From the NCBI GenBank assembly GCA_030550585.1, contig JAUQPB010000001.1, positions 707,150 to 771,149 of the forward strand: 64,000 nucleotides of DNA, written 5' to 3'. Shown here piece by piece: positions 1 to 11,431 of the stretch. Numbering within the stretch: the stretch's first letter is position 1; every line of letters starts with the position of its first letter. Source of the stretch: Thermoproteota archaeon. Lineage in GTDB: Archaea > Thermoproteota > Thermoprotei_A > Sulfolobales > Ignisphaeraceae. The position numbers and the translations under genes were made by a program. Under the pieces are notes generated by a model, which was not told where the DNA came from, did no database searches, and saw only the letters and a program-made list of their open reading frames with translations.

Positions 1-212
1 CAGGTGCTGAGCTCACACTATCTCCTGTACACACGTGTTGCAAAGGATGGGTGAAACCGGGTGCTGGAATATCGATAAGATTCCCAAGGTTCATAAGATG
101 GAGAGAAGACAAATCCCCGACAGAGGCTACAACAAGTAAGGAAATCTATGAGATGTATTTGAGAAGACTTAAGAAGATAGAGAAGGTAGAGCCCAAGGCC
201 GAGGAGGCCTAG
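1..212 (+). CDS. lig: ATP-dependent DNA ligase, C-terminal part (5' truncated by window edge)
   Basis: Frame from nt 3 reads [13 protein letters not shown]...[22 protein letters not shown], containing ligase motif VI (RFPRFxRxRxDK); stop TAG at 210-212. Confidence 0.9.
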   Translation, partial: GAELTLSPVHTCCKGWVKPGAGISIRFPRFIRWREDKSPTEATTSKEIYEMYLRRLKKIEKVEPKAEEA

Positions 213-306
213 ACAAGCAGTTGCAGTAAACCAGAAACCATTTTATGTCTAGCCAGCATTAAAATTCTTTTCATCTGGTAACAGTTCTAGTTTTTGGTGT
301 AGAAAT

Positions 307-1653
307 ATGCGAGATCCTTTGCCTGGCTATGCAGGCGCTGTGCGAGAGTCTTTAGAAAGACTTGGGGCTGCAGTTGGATGCAGAATTAGGTTAATGCTAC
401 AAAATAACGTCATATTCGAAGGCGTTTTAATGCCACACCACGAGTTTAGCGAAGCCGATATAATCGTTATTAAACTAGACAATGGGTACAACATAGGCAT
501 TTCGATTAGCAGAGTCTCTAAAATAGATGTTGTTGAATGTAAAGAGAGAGCAGAGGCGAGAACACAAGGTGTGAACCAGTTCCAGAAACCTATTGTTAAA
601 ATCCTTGGATGTGGAGGGACTATAGCCAGCAAGGTTGAATACGAGACGGGAGCTGTCAAGCCTGCTATGAGCCCTGCAGAGCTGATGGAGATAATCCCCG
701 AGCTGAGGAGTCTTGCTGGCTACGATGTTGAGGTTCTATTCAATATTCTTAGCGAGGATATGACACCAGCACATTGGAAATCAATTGCAGAATCCGTCTA
801 CAAATCTATTGTTAGCAGCGTTGATGGCGTTGTTGTTACCCATGGCACTGACACAATGAGTTATACAGCAGCGGCTTTAGCATTCTCCATACAGGGTCTG
901 CCAATGCCTATAGCTCTTGTCGGCGCTCAGAGGAGTAGCGATAGACCAAGTACTGATGCGGCACTCAACCTCTTGGCAGCTGTGTTAACAACTCTCAAAG
1001 CACCTTTTGGAGAGGTTGCTGTTGTCATGCATGCAACACCATCTGATGCAGATGCATATGCTCATAGGGGTGTTAAGGTGAGGAAGATGCATAGCAGTAG
1101 AAGAGATGCTTTCCAAAGCATCAATGATATTCCATTAGCAAGAATAGACCTGATGAAAATGGAGATAGAGACTATAAACAGCAGATATATCCCAAGGTCT
1201 AAAGGTGTAGACGAGATAAGATTCTTCGCATCATTCGACGATAGAGTTGCTATGGTTAAGGCATATCCAGGTTTCCAAAGCGAGATAATAGATTTTCTTG
1301 TTGACAGAAAATTCCATGGGATAGTAATCGAGGGGACTGGGCTGGGGCACATAGGAAGCTATGCCATAGAATCCATTAGAAGAGCTGTCGAAGAAGGAAT
1401 AGCAGTTGTTATGACAACACAAACACTGTTCGGAAGGGTGAATATGAATGTGTATACAACTGGCAGAAAGCTTCTAGAGATAGGGGTTATACCAGGAGAT
1501 GACATGCTACCTGAAACCGCCTACGTGAAGCTCTCATGGGTGCTAGCCCAAACAAGAGACTTGAAAGAGGTTAGAAAAATGATGCTCACAAACTATGTTA
1601 ACGAAATAAATCCTATTCACACACACCAGCTCTACCCAACATGGGTTCACTAA
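307..1653 (+). CDS. gatD: Glu-tRNA(Gln) amidotransferase subunit D
   Basis: N-terminal KLDNGYNIG domain plus asparaginase motifs GGTIAS, HGTDT and QRSSDRPS. Confidence 0.95.
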   Translation: MRDPLPGYAGAVRESLERLGAAVGCRIRLMLQNNVIFEGVLMPHHEFSEADIIVIKLDNGYNIGISISRVSKIDVVECKERAEARTQGVNQFQKPIVKILGCGGTIASKVEYETGAVKPAMSPAELMEIIPELRSLAGYDVEVLFNILSEDMTPAHWKSIAESVYKSIVSSVDGVVVTHGTDTMSYTAAALAFSIQGLPMPIALVGAQRSSDRPSTDAALNLLAAVLTTLKAPFGEVAVVMHATPSDADAYAHRGVKVRKMHSSRRDAFQSINDIPLARIDLMKMEIETINSRYIPRSKGVDEIRFFASFDDRVAMVKAYPGFQSEIIDFLVDRKFHGIVIEGTGLGHIGSYAIESIRRAVEEGIAVVMTTQTLFGRVNMNVYTTGRKLLEIGVIPGDDMLPETAYVKLSWVLAQTRDLKEVRKMMLTNYVNEINPIHTHQLYPTWVH

Positions 1654-1729
1654 ACTTTTCATCTCTGGCAAATCATTTCTAATAAATTTATATTGTGTAC
1701 AGCTTTTTTGGATTCTTAAGGTGCGTTAG

Positions 1730-2764
1730 TTGAATAGAACATTGTTGATTATTATAATAGCTGTTATAGCCATAGTTGTAGCAGGCTTGCTATACTTCAT
1801 GGACTTGATTAAGAAGCCTGGCAGTGCATGTAGTATTGAAAGTGATAACACCTTCTTTGTGGTATACTATAGTGTTCCGCCAAATGAGACAACATTTAAG
1901 CTTTTGATGAACAATATGCAGAACTTCATAGCATCTAATACGAGTGGCTCCTTAAACTTAACATTCTCACTATGCATAAAGAAATACTCTGAGCTGGATG
2001 ACAACACCAAAAATGTTTTGAGCAAATACAAATCATTTCCTGTGATGGGCATCTACACATCGAAGGACTTATCATCTGCAAAGGCAAGTTCGCAGCTATT
2101 CGATGTTAATGGGAGATATTATGTTGTTAAAGAGAATGTTGCCATCGGTGTCTACAGCTATTTAGCATATTATGGTGTCCCCATTCTTAAAGAGCCTAAG
2201 GTGTTGATAGAAACCCTTAGAGAGCCTCATATTCAGTTGAATGAAACTCCTGTTGTAGGCTCTCTAAATGCAAAATACTATCTGTTTATATATGAGGATG
2301 CTTGGTGCCCATATTGTGCAAAATTCTATAGCGATTCCATGCCAGTAATAGAAAATCTTTTAAACAATAACACCTTTGCCATAGTTTTGAAGAACCTGCT
2401 TATACATCCAGGTGTTGAAAATATCCATAGAAACATCACGGCTTTGTATATAACCACCAGAAATGCTACAGCTGTTTTCAGCATTATGAAGAGCATCTAT
2501 GCCTATGTAGCTAGAGGCACAGATCCATCGCCTGAGAACGTAACTGCAATGATAAAGAATGTTACAGGTGTAAGCGAATTCAATGTTAATTTAACTGTTG
2601 TGGATAATATTATAACTAAGGATATTCAAGAGGCCCAAGAATATGGAATTTTCGGGACACCGGGGTTTGTGATATGGAATAGAGAGAGTGGTAGGGGAAT
2701 TGTAGTAGTAGGCTATACCTCTGCTAACGACCTCTTAAACATTGTCAGATCATATTTAAAATAA
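1730..2764 (+). CDS. Membrane-anchored DsbA/thioredoxin-fold protein
   Basis: N-terminal TM segment, WCPYC active site, GIFGTPGF cis-Pro motif, many N-x-S/T sequons. Confidence 0.8.
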   Translation: MNRTLLIIIIAVIAIVVAGLLYFMDLIKKPGSACSIESDNTFFVVYYSVPPNETTFKLLMNNMQNFIASNTSGSLNLTFSLCIKKYSELDDNTKNVLSKYKSFPVMGIYTSKDLSSAKASSQLFDVNGRYYVVKENVAIGVYSYLAYYGVPILKEPKVLIETLREPHIQLNETPVVGSLNAKYYLFIYEDAWCPYCAKFYSDSMPVIENLLNNNTFAIVLKNLLIHPGVENIHRNITALYITTRNATAVFSIMKSIYAYVARGTDPSPENVTAMIKNVTGVSEFNVNLTVVDNIITKDIQEAQEYGIFGTPGFVIWNRESGRGIVVVGYTSANDLLNIVRSYLK

Positions 2765-2794
2765 ATGTTTTTCAATATTTATTCAAAATCAATT

Positions 2795-3559
2795 CTATGT
2801 TAGATCGCCACAACTACATGTAAACTCATGTACAATTCTATGGAGTTCTTCAAGTCCCTGCATATTCTTTGCAGATACCTTTGGAACCCTAGTCGCTTTT
2901 GCATATAGCCACAGAATATCCATGATCTTTGCCAGCATTTCTCCATATAGCCCACTTTTCCTCAACCTCTCTGTGACGAGATCCACATCGCTTACCACAT
3001 CCCCCATCAACTCCAGATTTGGGGCTATATCGTATTTGTTTATGGCTGGAACTACATCAACCCCTAGTCTGGCTTGTAAGGCAACAGACATTATAGATAT
3101 GAATGCATAGTCCTCAAATCTCTTGATAACCTCCCCATCCAGTACAAACAATGCTAGGACATCCTTGGAAACTCTTTTTATGGCCTCAAAAATTTTGGGG
3201 GCAACATCCCTAAATATGAATACCTCCATCTGGCCTGGAGTATCAACCAGAACAAAATCAGCGTCAGCCTTTCTAATAGCATCCTCAACTATATCCACAC
3301 GCTCTGCCAGAATATCCATAGACTTCACAAGAGCGCCGTTGGGACCGAGGCCAAGTTCCTTGGCAATTCTATGGGCATCTATATAAACCCTCACATCAAA
3401 ATCTGGTACATAGGGAATATACTCAGCTGCTGTATCGAGATTAACCTTGTACACCCTCGCACCAACTTCTTTTTCAAGCCACATCGAATAGGCAGAGAGT
3501 AGAGTGGATTTGCCCGAACCTGCAGAACCAACAAAAACAACTGTGGTCTTGTTTGGCAC
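2795..3559 (-). CDS. GPN-loop GTPase
   Basis: GSAGSGKS, LGPNG, DTPGQ and NKYD motifs. Confidence 0.9.
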   Translation of the reverse strand: MPNKTTVVFVGSAGSGKSTLLSAYSMWLEKEVGARVYKVNLDTAAEYIPYVPDFDVRVYIDAHRIAKELGLGPNGALVKSMDILAERVDIVEDAIRKADADFVLVDTPGQMEVFIFRDVAPKIFEAIKRVSKDVLALFVLDGEVIKRFEDYAFISIMSVALQARLGVDVVPAINKYDIAPNLELMGDVVSDVDLVTERLRKSGLYGEMLAKIMDILWLYAKATRVPKVSAKNMQGLEELHRIVHEFTCSCGDLT

Positions 3560-3902
3560 TTCTTCAATCCCTTATTGAAGTCCCTCGTAGTTAGTTTCTA
3601 TATGCTTTATCTAGCTAAAATGCTTAAAAACTAATCAAGAAAGAAGAGTTAGAGACTTCTATAAAATGATCTCCAGATCATGTAACTATTATGATTGTGT
3701 TATTATGGAGTTATACTAGCCTTTGGCATGCTAAAACATGAAATTAGTTATACTGTGGTTTGATATTGTCATATTATTGCTTGGGACTTTTATCTTTTTT
3801 AACAGGTTTTATCGTGTTTATGTAGAGAGTTAGGTTTTTAAGCCTGTTTCATGAAAAGTTTCTTTGTTGTTAGGTGGTTTTGATGGAATTCGAGCTACTC
3901 CA

Positions 3903-4688
3903 ATGGTGAAGGGAGATGCAAAGCCAATATTAAAAATTTTAAGTCTAGAGAAAGATGTTGAAACTATTGAAAAGCTTAGTAAGGCTGCCTATGAAAATCT
4001 TCTGGTAATGTATAAACAGGATAAACACACGCATCTAAGGTCATCTCAGACCTGTCTAAAGATATTGTCTGTGCTAATGACAAGGTATGTCAATAGAAAT
4101 GGTAGTGAAGTGGATAGAGACTGGTTCATACTGAGCAAGGGTCATGCAGCACCAGCTCTCTACGCTGTTCTTGCTGAGCTTGGCTCTATACCCAAGTCCG
4201 AGCTTGCTAAGATAAACACTATTGGGTCTTTGCTTCAGAACCATCCTGAGATATCTATGCCTAGTGTTGATGTGTCTACAGGTAGTCTTGGGCAAGGTCT
4301 TAGCATCGGTGTTGGTATTGCAGCTTGGATTAAGAAGGCTGGTGGTAGGGGAAGGGTATATGTTGTGGTCGGTGATGGTGAACAGGATGAGGGTATTGTG
4401 TGGGAGGCTATAACACATGCTGCAGCATTAAAGCTGAATAATCTTATTGTAATTGTTGATTGGAATGGTTTTCAACTCGATGGGGATACAGAAGAGATTA
4501 AGCCGAAGAGCTACCTGCCTCTTGTGTGGAAGATTGTTGGCTGGAAGGTTCTATGGGCTAATGGAGTAGATGTTGTTAGCCTGATAACAGCTTTGGAAGA
4601 GGCTATGGATTCCGACAAACCAGTTGTAATATTTGCTCAAACACGCAATGCTGTAGAGTCTAGTGGGGCTATAAACAATGCTCACTAG
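3903..4688 (+). CDS. Transketolase, N-terminal (TPP-binding) subunit; start uncertain (frame open from 3864)
   Basis: [19 protein letters not shown] and GDGE...N TPP motif. Confidence 0.9.
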   Translation: MVKGDAKPILKILSLEKDVETIEKLSKAAYENLLVMYKQDKHTHLRSSQTCLKILSVLMTRYVNRNGSEVDRDWFILSKGHAAPALYAVLAELGSIPKSELAKINTIGSLLQNHPEISMPSVDVSTGSLGQGLSIGVGIAAWIKKAGGRGRVYVVVGDGEQDEGIVWEAITHAAALKLNNLIVIVDWNGFQLDGDTEEIKPKSYLPLVWKIVGWKVLWANGVDVVSLITALEEAMDSDKPVVIFAQTRNAVESSGAINNAH

Positions 4689-5634
4689 CATAAAGAGCTT
4701 TAGAGATGCCTTAGGGGAGCTACTTGTTGAGATAGGTGAAGAGGATCAGAACGTCGCTGTTGTCACAGCCGATGTAGGTAAGTCTACAAGGGCTATAAAA
4801 TTCGGCGAGATTTTCAAAGATAGATATTTCAATGTTGGCATATCAGAGCAGCATATGATCACATTTGCAGCAGGGCTTGCGAGAGCAGGGGCAAAACCCG
4901 TTGTAGTTGCATTTGCAGCATTCATTATGAGGGCCTGGGAGCAGATAAGAAATAGTGTTGCCAGAATGAATCTAAATGTGAAGATAGTTGCTACACATGC
5001 TGGCTATAGCGATTTTGCAGATGGCTCTAGCCACCAGATGCTAGAGGACATAGCACTGATGAGAGTATTGCCAAACATGAACGTTGTTGTACCAGCAGAT
5101 GTTGGTGATCTTAGGAGATGTCTGAAGAGAATTGTTGTTGAGGTGAAGAACCCTACATATGTAAGGATAGGCAGAGACTATTCACCACCTGTAACAGAGG
5201 ATATGGACTATAGATGCGAGCTTGGCAAGGCCTATGTGTTGAGAGAGGGTCATGATGTCGCTATAATGGGCTCTGGACCAATACTATATGAAGCACTTCA
5301 AGCTGCAAAGGAGTTGGAGAAGATGGGCATTAGTGTGGCTGTTGTAAATGTCTTGTCTGTTAAGCCCATAGATAGAGAGGCTATTGTGAAAATTGCCAAG
5401 AGCGTTGGTAGGATAGTAACTGTGGAGGAGCATATGGTTTTCGGTGGGGTGGGGAGCGCAATTGCAGAGGTTGTCGCTCAAGAATATCCAGTTCCGATGA
5501 AGATGATTGGAGCCACAACATTTGGTAGATCAGCTAGGAGTCAGCAAGAGCTTCTGGAGTTCTTTGGACTGGATAGAAAAGCTATTGTGAAAGCGTGTTT
5601 GGAGGTGGTTAAGAATAGAGATAGAAATGCTTAG
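4678..5634 (+). CDS. Transketolase, C-terminal subunit
   Basis: NVGISEQ, DGSSHQ and TVEEH motifs. Confidence 0.92.
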   Translation: MLTSIKSFRDALGELLVEIGEEDQNVAVVTADVGKSTRAIKFGEIFKDRYFNVGISEQHMITFAAGLARAGAKPVVVAFAAFIMRAWEQIRNSVARMNLNVKIVATHAGYSDFADGSSHQMLEDIALMRVLPNMNVVVPADVGDLRRCLKRIVVEVKNPTYVRIGRDYSPPVTEDMDYRCELGKAYVLREGHDVAIMGSGPILYEALQAAKELEKMGISVAVVNVLSVKPIDREAIVKIAKSVGRIVTVEEHMVFGGVGSAIAEVVAQEYPVPMKMIGATTFGRSARSQQELLEFFGLDRKAIVKACLEVVKNRDRNA

Positions 5635-6673
5635 GGAGGAAATAGATAGGATAGACGATGAAATTGCCGAGCTCATTGGGAAGAGAATTGAGCTTGTTAA
5701 GAGAATAGCCGAGTTGAAGAGGAGAAGAGGTGTGGCAATAACAGATATTGAGAGAGAGGCGGAGGTCATTCTAAAATGGAGAAAGAGGTTAGCAAAACAT
5801 GGTGTGCCAACAGATGTTGCAACATCAATAGCGAGAGACATTATAGCATCTTCGAAAGTTGTTGAAATAAAAGCGATGGTTGTTAACCCACCTAAAGACA
5901 GGGGTATATGCATAGTTGGCTACGGTGCTATGGCGAAGACCCTTGTGCTAAGCTTTAAAAACGAAGGATATAGAATCACAATAACAGGTAGAGATGTAGA
6001 GAAAGCTACGGCTGTTGGAAGAGAGCTTGGAGTAGATGCAAAACCAATACATAGTGCGCTAGATTGTTGCAGTATTTCAATTCTAGCTCTGTCGATGGAC
6101 GCCTTTACAAGCGGTTTTATAGACTCTATAGCCGGCTATATGAAGGGGAAGATCGTTATGGACATTCTCTCATCTAAACAGAGGGTGTTTAAACATTTGG
6201 AGAGTTTGTCAAAGGATATCGGATTCAGATATATCTCTACGCATCCGCTCTTTGGACCATATTCTTCTCCCACGGGTGAGAAGGTCGTGTTGATACCAAG
6301 TGAGACAGGGTATAGCGCAATAGATGAGGCAATGTCTCTTTGGCTCTCGATAGGTGTAGAACCGGTTGTAGCAACACTGGATGAGCATGAAAAGGCCATG
6401 GCAGTTGTCCAAACTTTGACGCATTTTCTTCTAATGGCTTATAGCAAAGCTGTTGAAAAGCTCTCAAAAGAGATGGGAGTTGATGTCACAAGATTTGCTA
6501 CGCCAACATTTAGAGATGTGTATGCTGTTGTGGCTAGATTGAAAAAGATTTGCAATACTGTTGAAGAGATCCAGAGGGAAAATCCATATGCACATGAAAT
6601 CAGATCACGTTTTTTGGATATATCAAGAGAACTGTCTTTTAATGCTGGTAGAGGTCTATGCTCTTCATCCTAA
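5627..6673 (+). CDS. tyrA: Chorismate mutase / prephenate dehydrogenase
   Basis: AroQ-like LREEIDRID...DIERE; Rossmann GYGAMA; HPLFGP; HEKAMAVVQ. Confidence 0.85.
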   Translation: MLREEIDRIDDEIAELIGKRIELVKRIAELKRRRGVAITDIEREAEVILKWRKRLAKHGVPTDVATSIARDIIASSKVVEIKAMVVNPPKDRGICIVGYGAMAKTLVLSFKNEGYRITITGRDVEKATAVGRELGVDAKPIHSALDCCSISILALSMDAFTSGFIDSIAGYMKGKIVMDILSSKQRVFKHLESLSKDIGFRYISTHPLFGPYSSPTGEKVVLIPSETGYSAIDEAMSLWLSIGVEPVVATLDEHEKAMAVVQTLTHFLLMAYSKAVEKLSKEMGVDVTRFATPTFRDVYAVVARLKKICNTVEEIQRENPYAHEIRSRFLDISRELSFNAGRGLCSSS

Positions 6674-7650
6674 AAAGCAATTCAGATCCATCGCAATTAG
6701 TAGAGAAGATAGTAGCTAGATCAGCATCTTATAGAGTGGTCGACCTATATGGAAGGAGAATAGTTGTTGCATGGCCAGATAAACTAGTTGAAGATATTGT
6801 TGATGACAGTGTCGAGGTGAGGGTCAAGTCCTCTAGACCATACCAGCTAGCGTCTAGTGAGTGGAAGAGGGATAAAACCATAGTCGATGTTGACGGTGTT
6901 GAGATTGGTGGTAGAAGCGTTGTTGTTGCTGCAGGACCCTGCGCGATAGAGGATGAGGAGCTAGCTATAGAAATTGCAAAAGCTGTGAAAAGAGCTGGCG
7001 CAAAGATGTTCAGGGGCGGAGCTTACAAGCCTAGGACAAGCCCATACAGTTTCCAGGGTCTTGGGGAAAAAGGGCTCGAGATTTTGAAGAGAGTTTATGA
7101 GGAAACTGGGTTGCCCATAGTGACAGAGGTTATGGATACTAGAGACGTTGAGAAGGTGGCTAGATATGCCCACATGCTTCAGATAGGCGCTAGAAACTCT
7201 CAGAACTTTCATCTGCTTAAAGAAGTTGGGAAAAGCCGCAAGCCAGCGCTACTCAAAAGGGGTATGGCAATGACCGTTGAAGAGTGGTTGTTGGCGGCAG
7301 AGTACATGCTTCTAGAAGGGAATGGAAATGTGGTTCTATGTGAGAGGGGGATAAGATCGTTTGAGAAAAGCACCAGATTCACACTCGACATAGCGTCGGC
7401 TGTATATACGAAGACCGTTACACACCTACCAATAGCTGTTGATCCCAGCCACCCTGCTGGAAGGAGAGACTTGGTAGAGCCTCTTGCCCTAGCAGCTGTT
7501 GCGGCGGGAGCGGATATGCTGATTATAGAGGTTCATCTATCGCCTGAAAAGGCTTTGAGCGACAACGAACAGCAGCTAACAATAGATATGTTCGAGAAGC
7601 TTATGACAAGGTTAAAAGCTGTTGCAGAAGCTGTTGGAAGATCGATATGA
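6658..7650 (+). CDS. aroF: DAHP synthase (type I-beta)
   Basis: AGPCAIE, GGAYKPRTSPYSFQG, QIGARN and DPSH motifs. Confidence 0.95.
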   Translation: MLFILKSNSDPSQLVEKIVARSASYRVVDLYGRRIVVAWPDKLVEDIVDDSVEVRVKSSRPYQLASSEWKRDKTIVDVDGVEIGGRSVVVAAGPCAIEDEELAIEIAKAVKRAGAKMFRGGAYKPRTSPYSFQGLGEKGLEILKRVYEETGLPIVTEVMDTRDVEKVARYAHMLQIGARNSQNFHLLKEVGKSRKPALLKRGMAMTVEEWLLAAEYMLLEGNGNVVLCERGIRSFEKSTRFTLDIASAVYTKTVTHLPIAVDPSHPAGRRDLVEPLALAAVAAGADMLIIEVHLSPEKALSDNEQQLTIDMFEKLMTRLKAVAEAVGRSI

Positions 7651-8720
7651 GGGTCTTAAGCAAGGTTTTGTGCTGTCAAGAGACGAAGGCGTTTATAGGG
7701 AGGGGGGCGCTGGAGAAGGCTGCTGAGGAGATTCCGGAAAAGGCTAAGATACTTCTCGTCAGACAAGATGTTTTAGAGCCCTCACCCATTCTAAAGGTTT
7801 TTAGGAACATTGTTGACGAAGTTGTCTTGAAAGGCGGTGAAGAGGCTAAGGATATAGAGGTTGTATTGAAGATTGTAGAGAGAATGCATGAAGCAGGCAT
7901 TCAAAGAAGTGACTATGTAGTGGCCTTTGGGGGTGGGACACTAACAGATGTAACAGGATTTGCGGCATCCATATATCTTAGAGGCGTCAACTTTGTTGCC
8001 ATACCAACGACCCTTCTCGGCATGGTAGACGCCGCTGTAGGCGGGAAGAATGCTGTAAACTTTAAAAATGTGAAGAATGTTCTTGGCACATTCTACCAGC
8101 CTAGAATCATAGTAGCCGACACAAGGTTTCTTGATACACTTCCACAGCAGGAGTATGTAAACGGCTTAGCTGAGGTAATAAAATATGGGCTCGCCTTAGA
8201 CAAAGAATTGTATGAATTTCTCAGGGGCAATAGTGAAAAGATTCTTAGCAGAGATGAGGAGGCGCTTGAAAGAGTTGTTGAGAGGTCTATAGCTGATAAA
8301 CTGTTTGTGGTGGAACAGGATGTTTTTGATGTTAAGGGCATTAGAATTGTGTTGAACTTTGGGCATACTGTAGGCCATTTAATAGAGTCTCTATCAGGCT
8401 TTTCTATAAGCCATGGAAAAGCTGTGGCAGTTGGCATGGCCTACGAATCTCTGGTTTCAGCTTTGATGGGCCTCTCAAGCTATGATGTGCATAGAGAAAT
8501 AGTTGAAATGCTCAAGATGTATGGTCTGCCAGCAAGTCTTAGAGACCTTGGCATCGAGCTACCTAGAGACCCGAGTACTCTGAAAAGCGTTGTGGCTAGA
8601 GATAAGAAGGCTGGTTGGAGAGGTCTAACAATACCAATTGTAACAGAAGTTGGTAGGTGGAGGTCTGTGACAGTAGATGTGGATAGCTATGTAGAGGCTC
8701 TGGTAAAATGTTTTGGATAG
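7647..8720 (+). CDS. aroB: 3-dehydroquinate synthase
   Basis: GGG, PTTLLGMVDAAVGGK, LNFGHTVGH, HGKAVA. Confidence 0.95.
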   Translation: MRVLSKVLCCQETKAFIGRGALEKAAEEIPEKAKILLVRQDVLEPSPILKVFRNIVDEVVLKGGEEAKDIEVVLKIVERMHEAGIQRSDYVVAFGGGTLTDVTGFAASIYLRGVNFVAIPTTLLGMVDAAVGGKNAVNFKNVKNVLGTFYQPRIIVADTRFLDTLPQQEYVNGLAEVIKYGLALDKELYEFLRGNSEKILSRDEEALERVVERSIADKLFVVEQDVFDVKGIRIVLNFGHTVGHLIESLSGFSISHGKAVAVGMAYESLVSALMGLSSYDVHREIVEMLKMYGLPASLRDLGIELPRDPSTLKSVVARDKKAGWRGLTIPIVTEVGRWRSVTVDVDSYVEALVKCFG

Positions 8721-9511
8721 ACTCTTCAACAAAAATATTCGGTATCTTGGGAAGGAACATAGGCTATACACTCTCCCCAGCTATACACAACTACATCTTT
8801 AGAGAGGTTGGCTACAACGCTGTTTATCTCGTTTTTGATGTTGCTGAAGAGAAGTTCGATTATGTTGCCAGGGCCCTTATAGACATTTGCGAGGGGCTCA
8901 ATGTGACGATACCGTATAAAGAAAGGATTATGCAGTATCTAACCTCGTTCGACGCTTCTGCAGAGAGGGTTGGCGCTGTCAATACTGTGTATAGAGGTAG
9001 GGGCTATAACACAGACTACATAGCATTGAAAAAGCTTGTCGAGCCTCATAGGGAGCTTCTCAAGAATGGGGTTTGCTATGTTTTTGGGGCTGGGGGAGCA
9101 GCTAAAGCTGTTGTATTGGCACTGGGAGAAAGGGGCTGTAGGATAAGGATTGTCAACAGATCTAGTGATAGAGCAGAGAGACTGGTTAAGGAGCTTAGAA
9201 AATATGTTGATGTGGAGATGTCCAGTGCTTCAGCATGTAGAGAGGCAGCTGTAGTTGTTAACGCTACCCCAAACCCAGACTTTGTACCGGATAGCTGTTT
9301 CCATGGGGGCCTCAAGCTAGCTATAGAGCTTGTCTATAGACCTGTGGAAACATCTGTTGTTAGAAGAGCCAGAGGCGTGGGGGCAGCTGTGATCAATGGG
9401 CTGGAGATACTTGTTGGCCAGGCTCTTGAAGCACAGAGGATATGGCTTGGAATAGACTTTCCAAGCGAAAAGGTTGTGGCGCATCTCCATGCCAGGAAAC
9501 TCATTTGGTAA
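8708..9511 (+). CDS. aroE: Shikimate dehydrogenase
   Basis: SPAIHN, NVTIPYK, GAVNT, NTDY, GAGGAA. Confidence 0.95.
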   Translation: MFWIDSSTKIFGILGRNIGYTLSPAIHNYIFREVGYNAVYLVFDVAEEKFDYVARALIDICEGLNVTIPYKERIMQYLTSFDASAERVGAVNTVYRGRGYNTDYIALKKLVEPHRELLKNGVCYVFGAGGAAKAVVLALGERGCRIRIVNRSSDRAERLVKELRKYVDVEMSSASACREAAVVVNATPNPDFVPDSCFHGGLKLAIELVYRPVETSVVRRARGVGAAVINGLEILVGQALEAQRIWLGIDFPSEKVVAHLHARKLIW

Positions 9512-10661
9512 AATGTTTAGAATTACAACATTTGGCGAAAGCCACGGGCCGCTAATAGGGGTTGTCGTAGATGGTGTTCCAGCTGGTCTGCCAATATCAG
9601 AAGATGACATAAACTTTGAGCTATCATTTAGAAGACCTGGCTATGCATATACATCGCCGAGAAGGGAACAGGATAGAGCTAAGATTGTCAGCGGGGTCTT
9701 CAACGGCAGAACCACTGGAGCGCCAATAGCAATTGTTGTTGAGAACACAGATGTTGATTCTAGTTACTACGAAAAGATGAAATACACCCCGAGGCCTGGG
9801 CATGCAGATCTTCCATACATATTTCGCTATGGCTTTGAGAACTGGGATTATAGAGGTGGTGGAAGGGCTAGCGGCAGAGAGACTGTGGCAAGGGTTGCAG
9901 CAGGAGCTATAGCCAAAAAGCTTCTCATGTTGCTAGATACGAAAGTGGCTGGCTGTGTAGAGGCTGTTGACGGCACTAGAATCAAAGAGGGTATAACATT
10001 TGAAGATGTTCTCAAATCTAGATGCAGAAGATTCAGGGCTTGTAAGGAGGAGTATGAAGTGACATTCCAAAAGATTTTGGAAGAGGCCATTAAAGAAGGT
10101 GATAGTGTGGGGGCGCTAGTTAGAGTGGTTGTAGATGGTGTTCCAAGGGGTCTGGGGGAACCTGTTTTCGATAAACTCAAAGCCGATCTAGCCAAAGCAG
10201 TCATGTCAATACCTGCTGTTATCGGCTTCGAACTTGGTATAGGGTTTGAAGCCGCCTATAAGAGGGGTAGTGAGGTGTCTGACGAGCTCATAGTTGTTAA
10301 CGGCGATATCAGGTGGAGGAACAATTTCTATGGGGGGATAGTAGGCGGTATATCAACTGGGGAGCAGATAGTTTTTAGATGTGTCTTCAAGCCGACAAGC
10401 TCGATCAGAAAACCGATAAAGACAGTCGATATTAGAACACTTGAGGAAAAAACCATTGTTGTTGAGGGAAGACACGATCCGTGCATTGGTATTAGAGGTG
10501 TTGCTGTTGTAGAGGCCATGACTGCTATAACCCTGGTCGACCACGCTATCAGATCTGGTCTAATACCTTCGACACGGCTTAGCCAAAAAGATGTTGATGT
10601 TGTTGAGGATAGGTGGAAGAGGTATAGGGAGATATGTCAGCATGGGGAGGGATATCAATAG
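9489..10661 (+). CDS. aroC: Chorismate synthase
   Basis: [37 protein letters not shown]. Confidence 0.96.
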   Translation: MPGNSFGKMFRITTFGESHGPLIGVVVDGVPAGLPISEDDINFELSFRRPGYAYTSPRREQDRAKIVSGVFNGRTTGAPIAIVVENTDVDSSYYEKMKYTPRPGHADLPYIFRYGFENWDYRGGGRASGRETVARVAAGAIAKKLLMLLDTKVAGCVEAVDGTRIKEGITFEDVLKSRCRRFRACKEEYEVTFQKILEEAIKEGDSVGALVRVVVDGVPRGLGEPVFDKLKADLAKAVMSIPAVIGFELGIGFEAAYKRGSEVSDELIVVNGDIRWRNNFYGGIVGGISTGEQIVFRCVFKPTSSIRKPIKTVDIRTLEEKTIVVEGRHDPCIGIRGVAVVEAMTAITLVDHAIRSGLIPSTRLSQKDVDVVEDRWKRYREICQHGEGYQ

Positions 10662-11431
10662 TTAATGCCATACCCTCTGGCCTAGGATCGGCAGCGGCCA
10701 TAGATATGAAGACACGGGTAAAGATTAGATCTTGTGGCGATGCTGCGACAAATACATCGAGACTTGTTGAAACAATAATAAACTATTTCACAGCTAGATA
10801 TGGATTGCCCAAGGTGTGTGTGGAAATAGAATCTGATGTGCCGATGGGAAGCGGTTTAAAGAGTAGTAGCTCGGTGGCAGTAGCGCTAATAGATGCTCTG
10901 AGAAAGCACTTTTCGCTAGAAGAGCTTGATGTTCCTAGACTTGCAGCAGAGCTATCGAGAATAGCGGGAGTGTCTATAACGGGCGCCTTAGACGATGCAG
11001 CTGCGGCGTACTATGGTGGAATTGTATTCACAGATAATACAAACATGAAGATTCTGAGGGTTGTAGACAACAAATCTGAGCTTGCAGCAGTTGTTCTTCT
11101 GCCAAAAAATGTTCAAAGACCTCAAATAGATGTTGAGAAACTTAGAAGGTTTTCCCACATATTTGTAGAGGCCTACAACATTGCTGTGCAGGGGGAGATA
11201 CTAAAGGCCATGACCATAAATGGGCTTGCCATAGCCAGGCTTCTAAACTATCCAGAGGATATCCCGAGGAAGGCCCTCGAACTCGGTGCTCTGGCAGCAG
11301 GGGTCTCGGGCAACGGCCCTGCGATCTTCGCTGTTTGTAGGCTTGGCGACGAAGGGCCTGTGTTAGATCTCTTTGGCAGGTATGGTGAGGTATATATGCA
11401 TAGATTTGTTAGACTAGGTGAAAAACCTTGA
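10634..11431 (+). CDS. aroK: Archaeal shikimate kinase (GHMP family)
   Basis: [28 protein letters not shown]. Confidence 0.92.
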   Translation: MSAWGGISIVNAIPSGLGSAAAIDMKTRVKIRSCGDAATNTSRLVETIINYFTARYGLPKVCVEIESDVPMGSGLKSSSSVAVALIDALRKHFSLEELDVPRLAAELSRIAGVSITGALDDAAAAYYGGIVFTDNTNMKILRVVDNKSELAAVVLLPKNVQRPQIDVEKLRRFSHIFVEAYNIAVQGEILKAMTINGLAIARLLNYPEDIPRKALELGALAAGVSGNGPAIFAVCRLGDEGPVLDLFGRYGEVYMHRFVRLGEKP

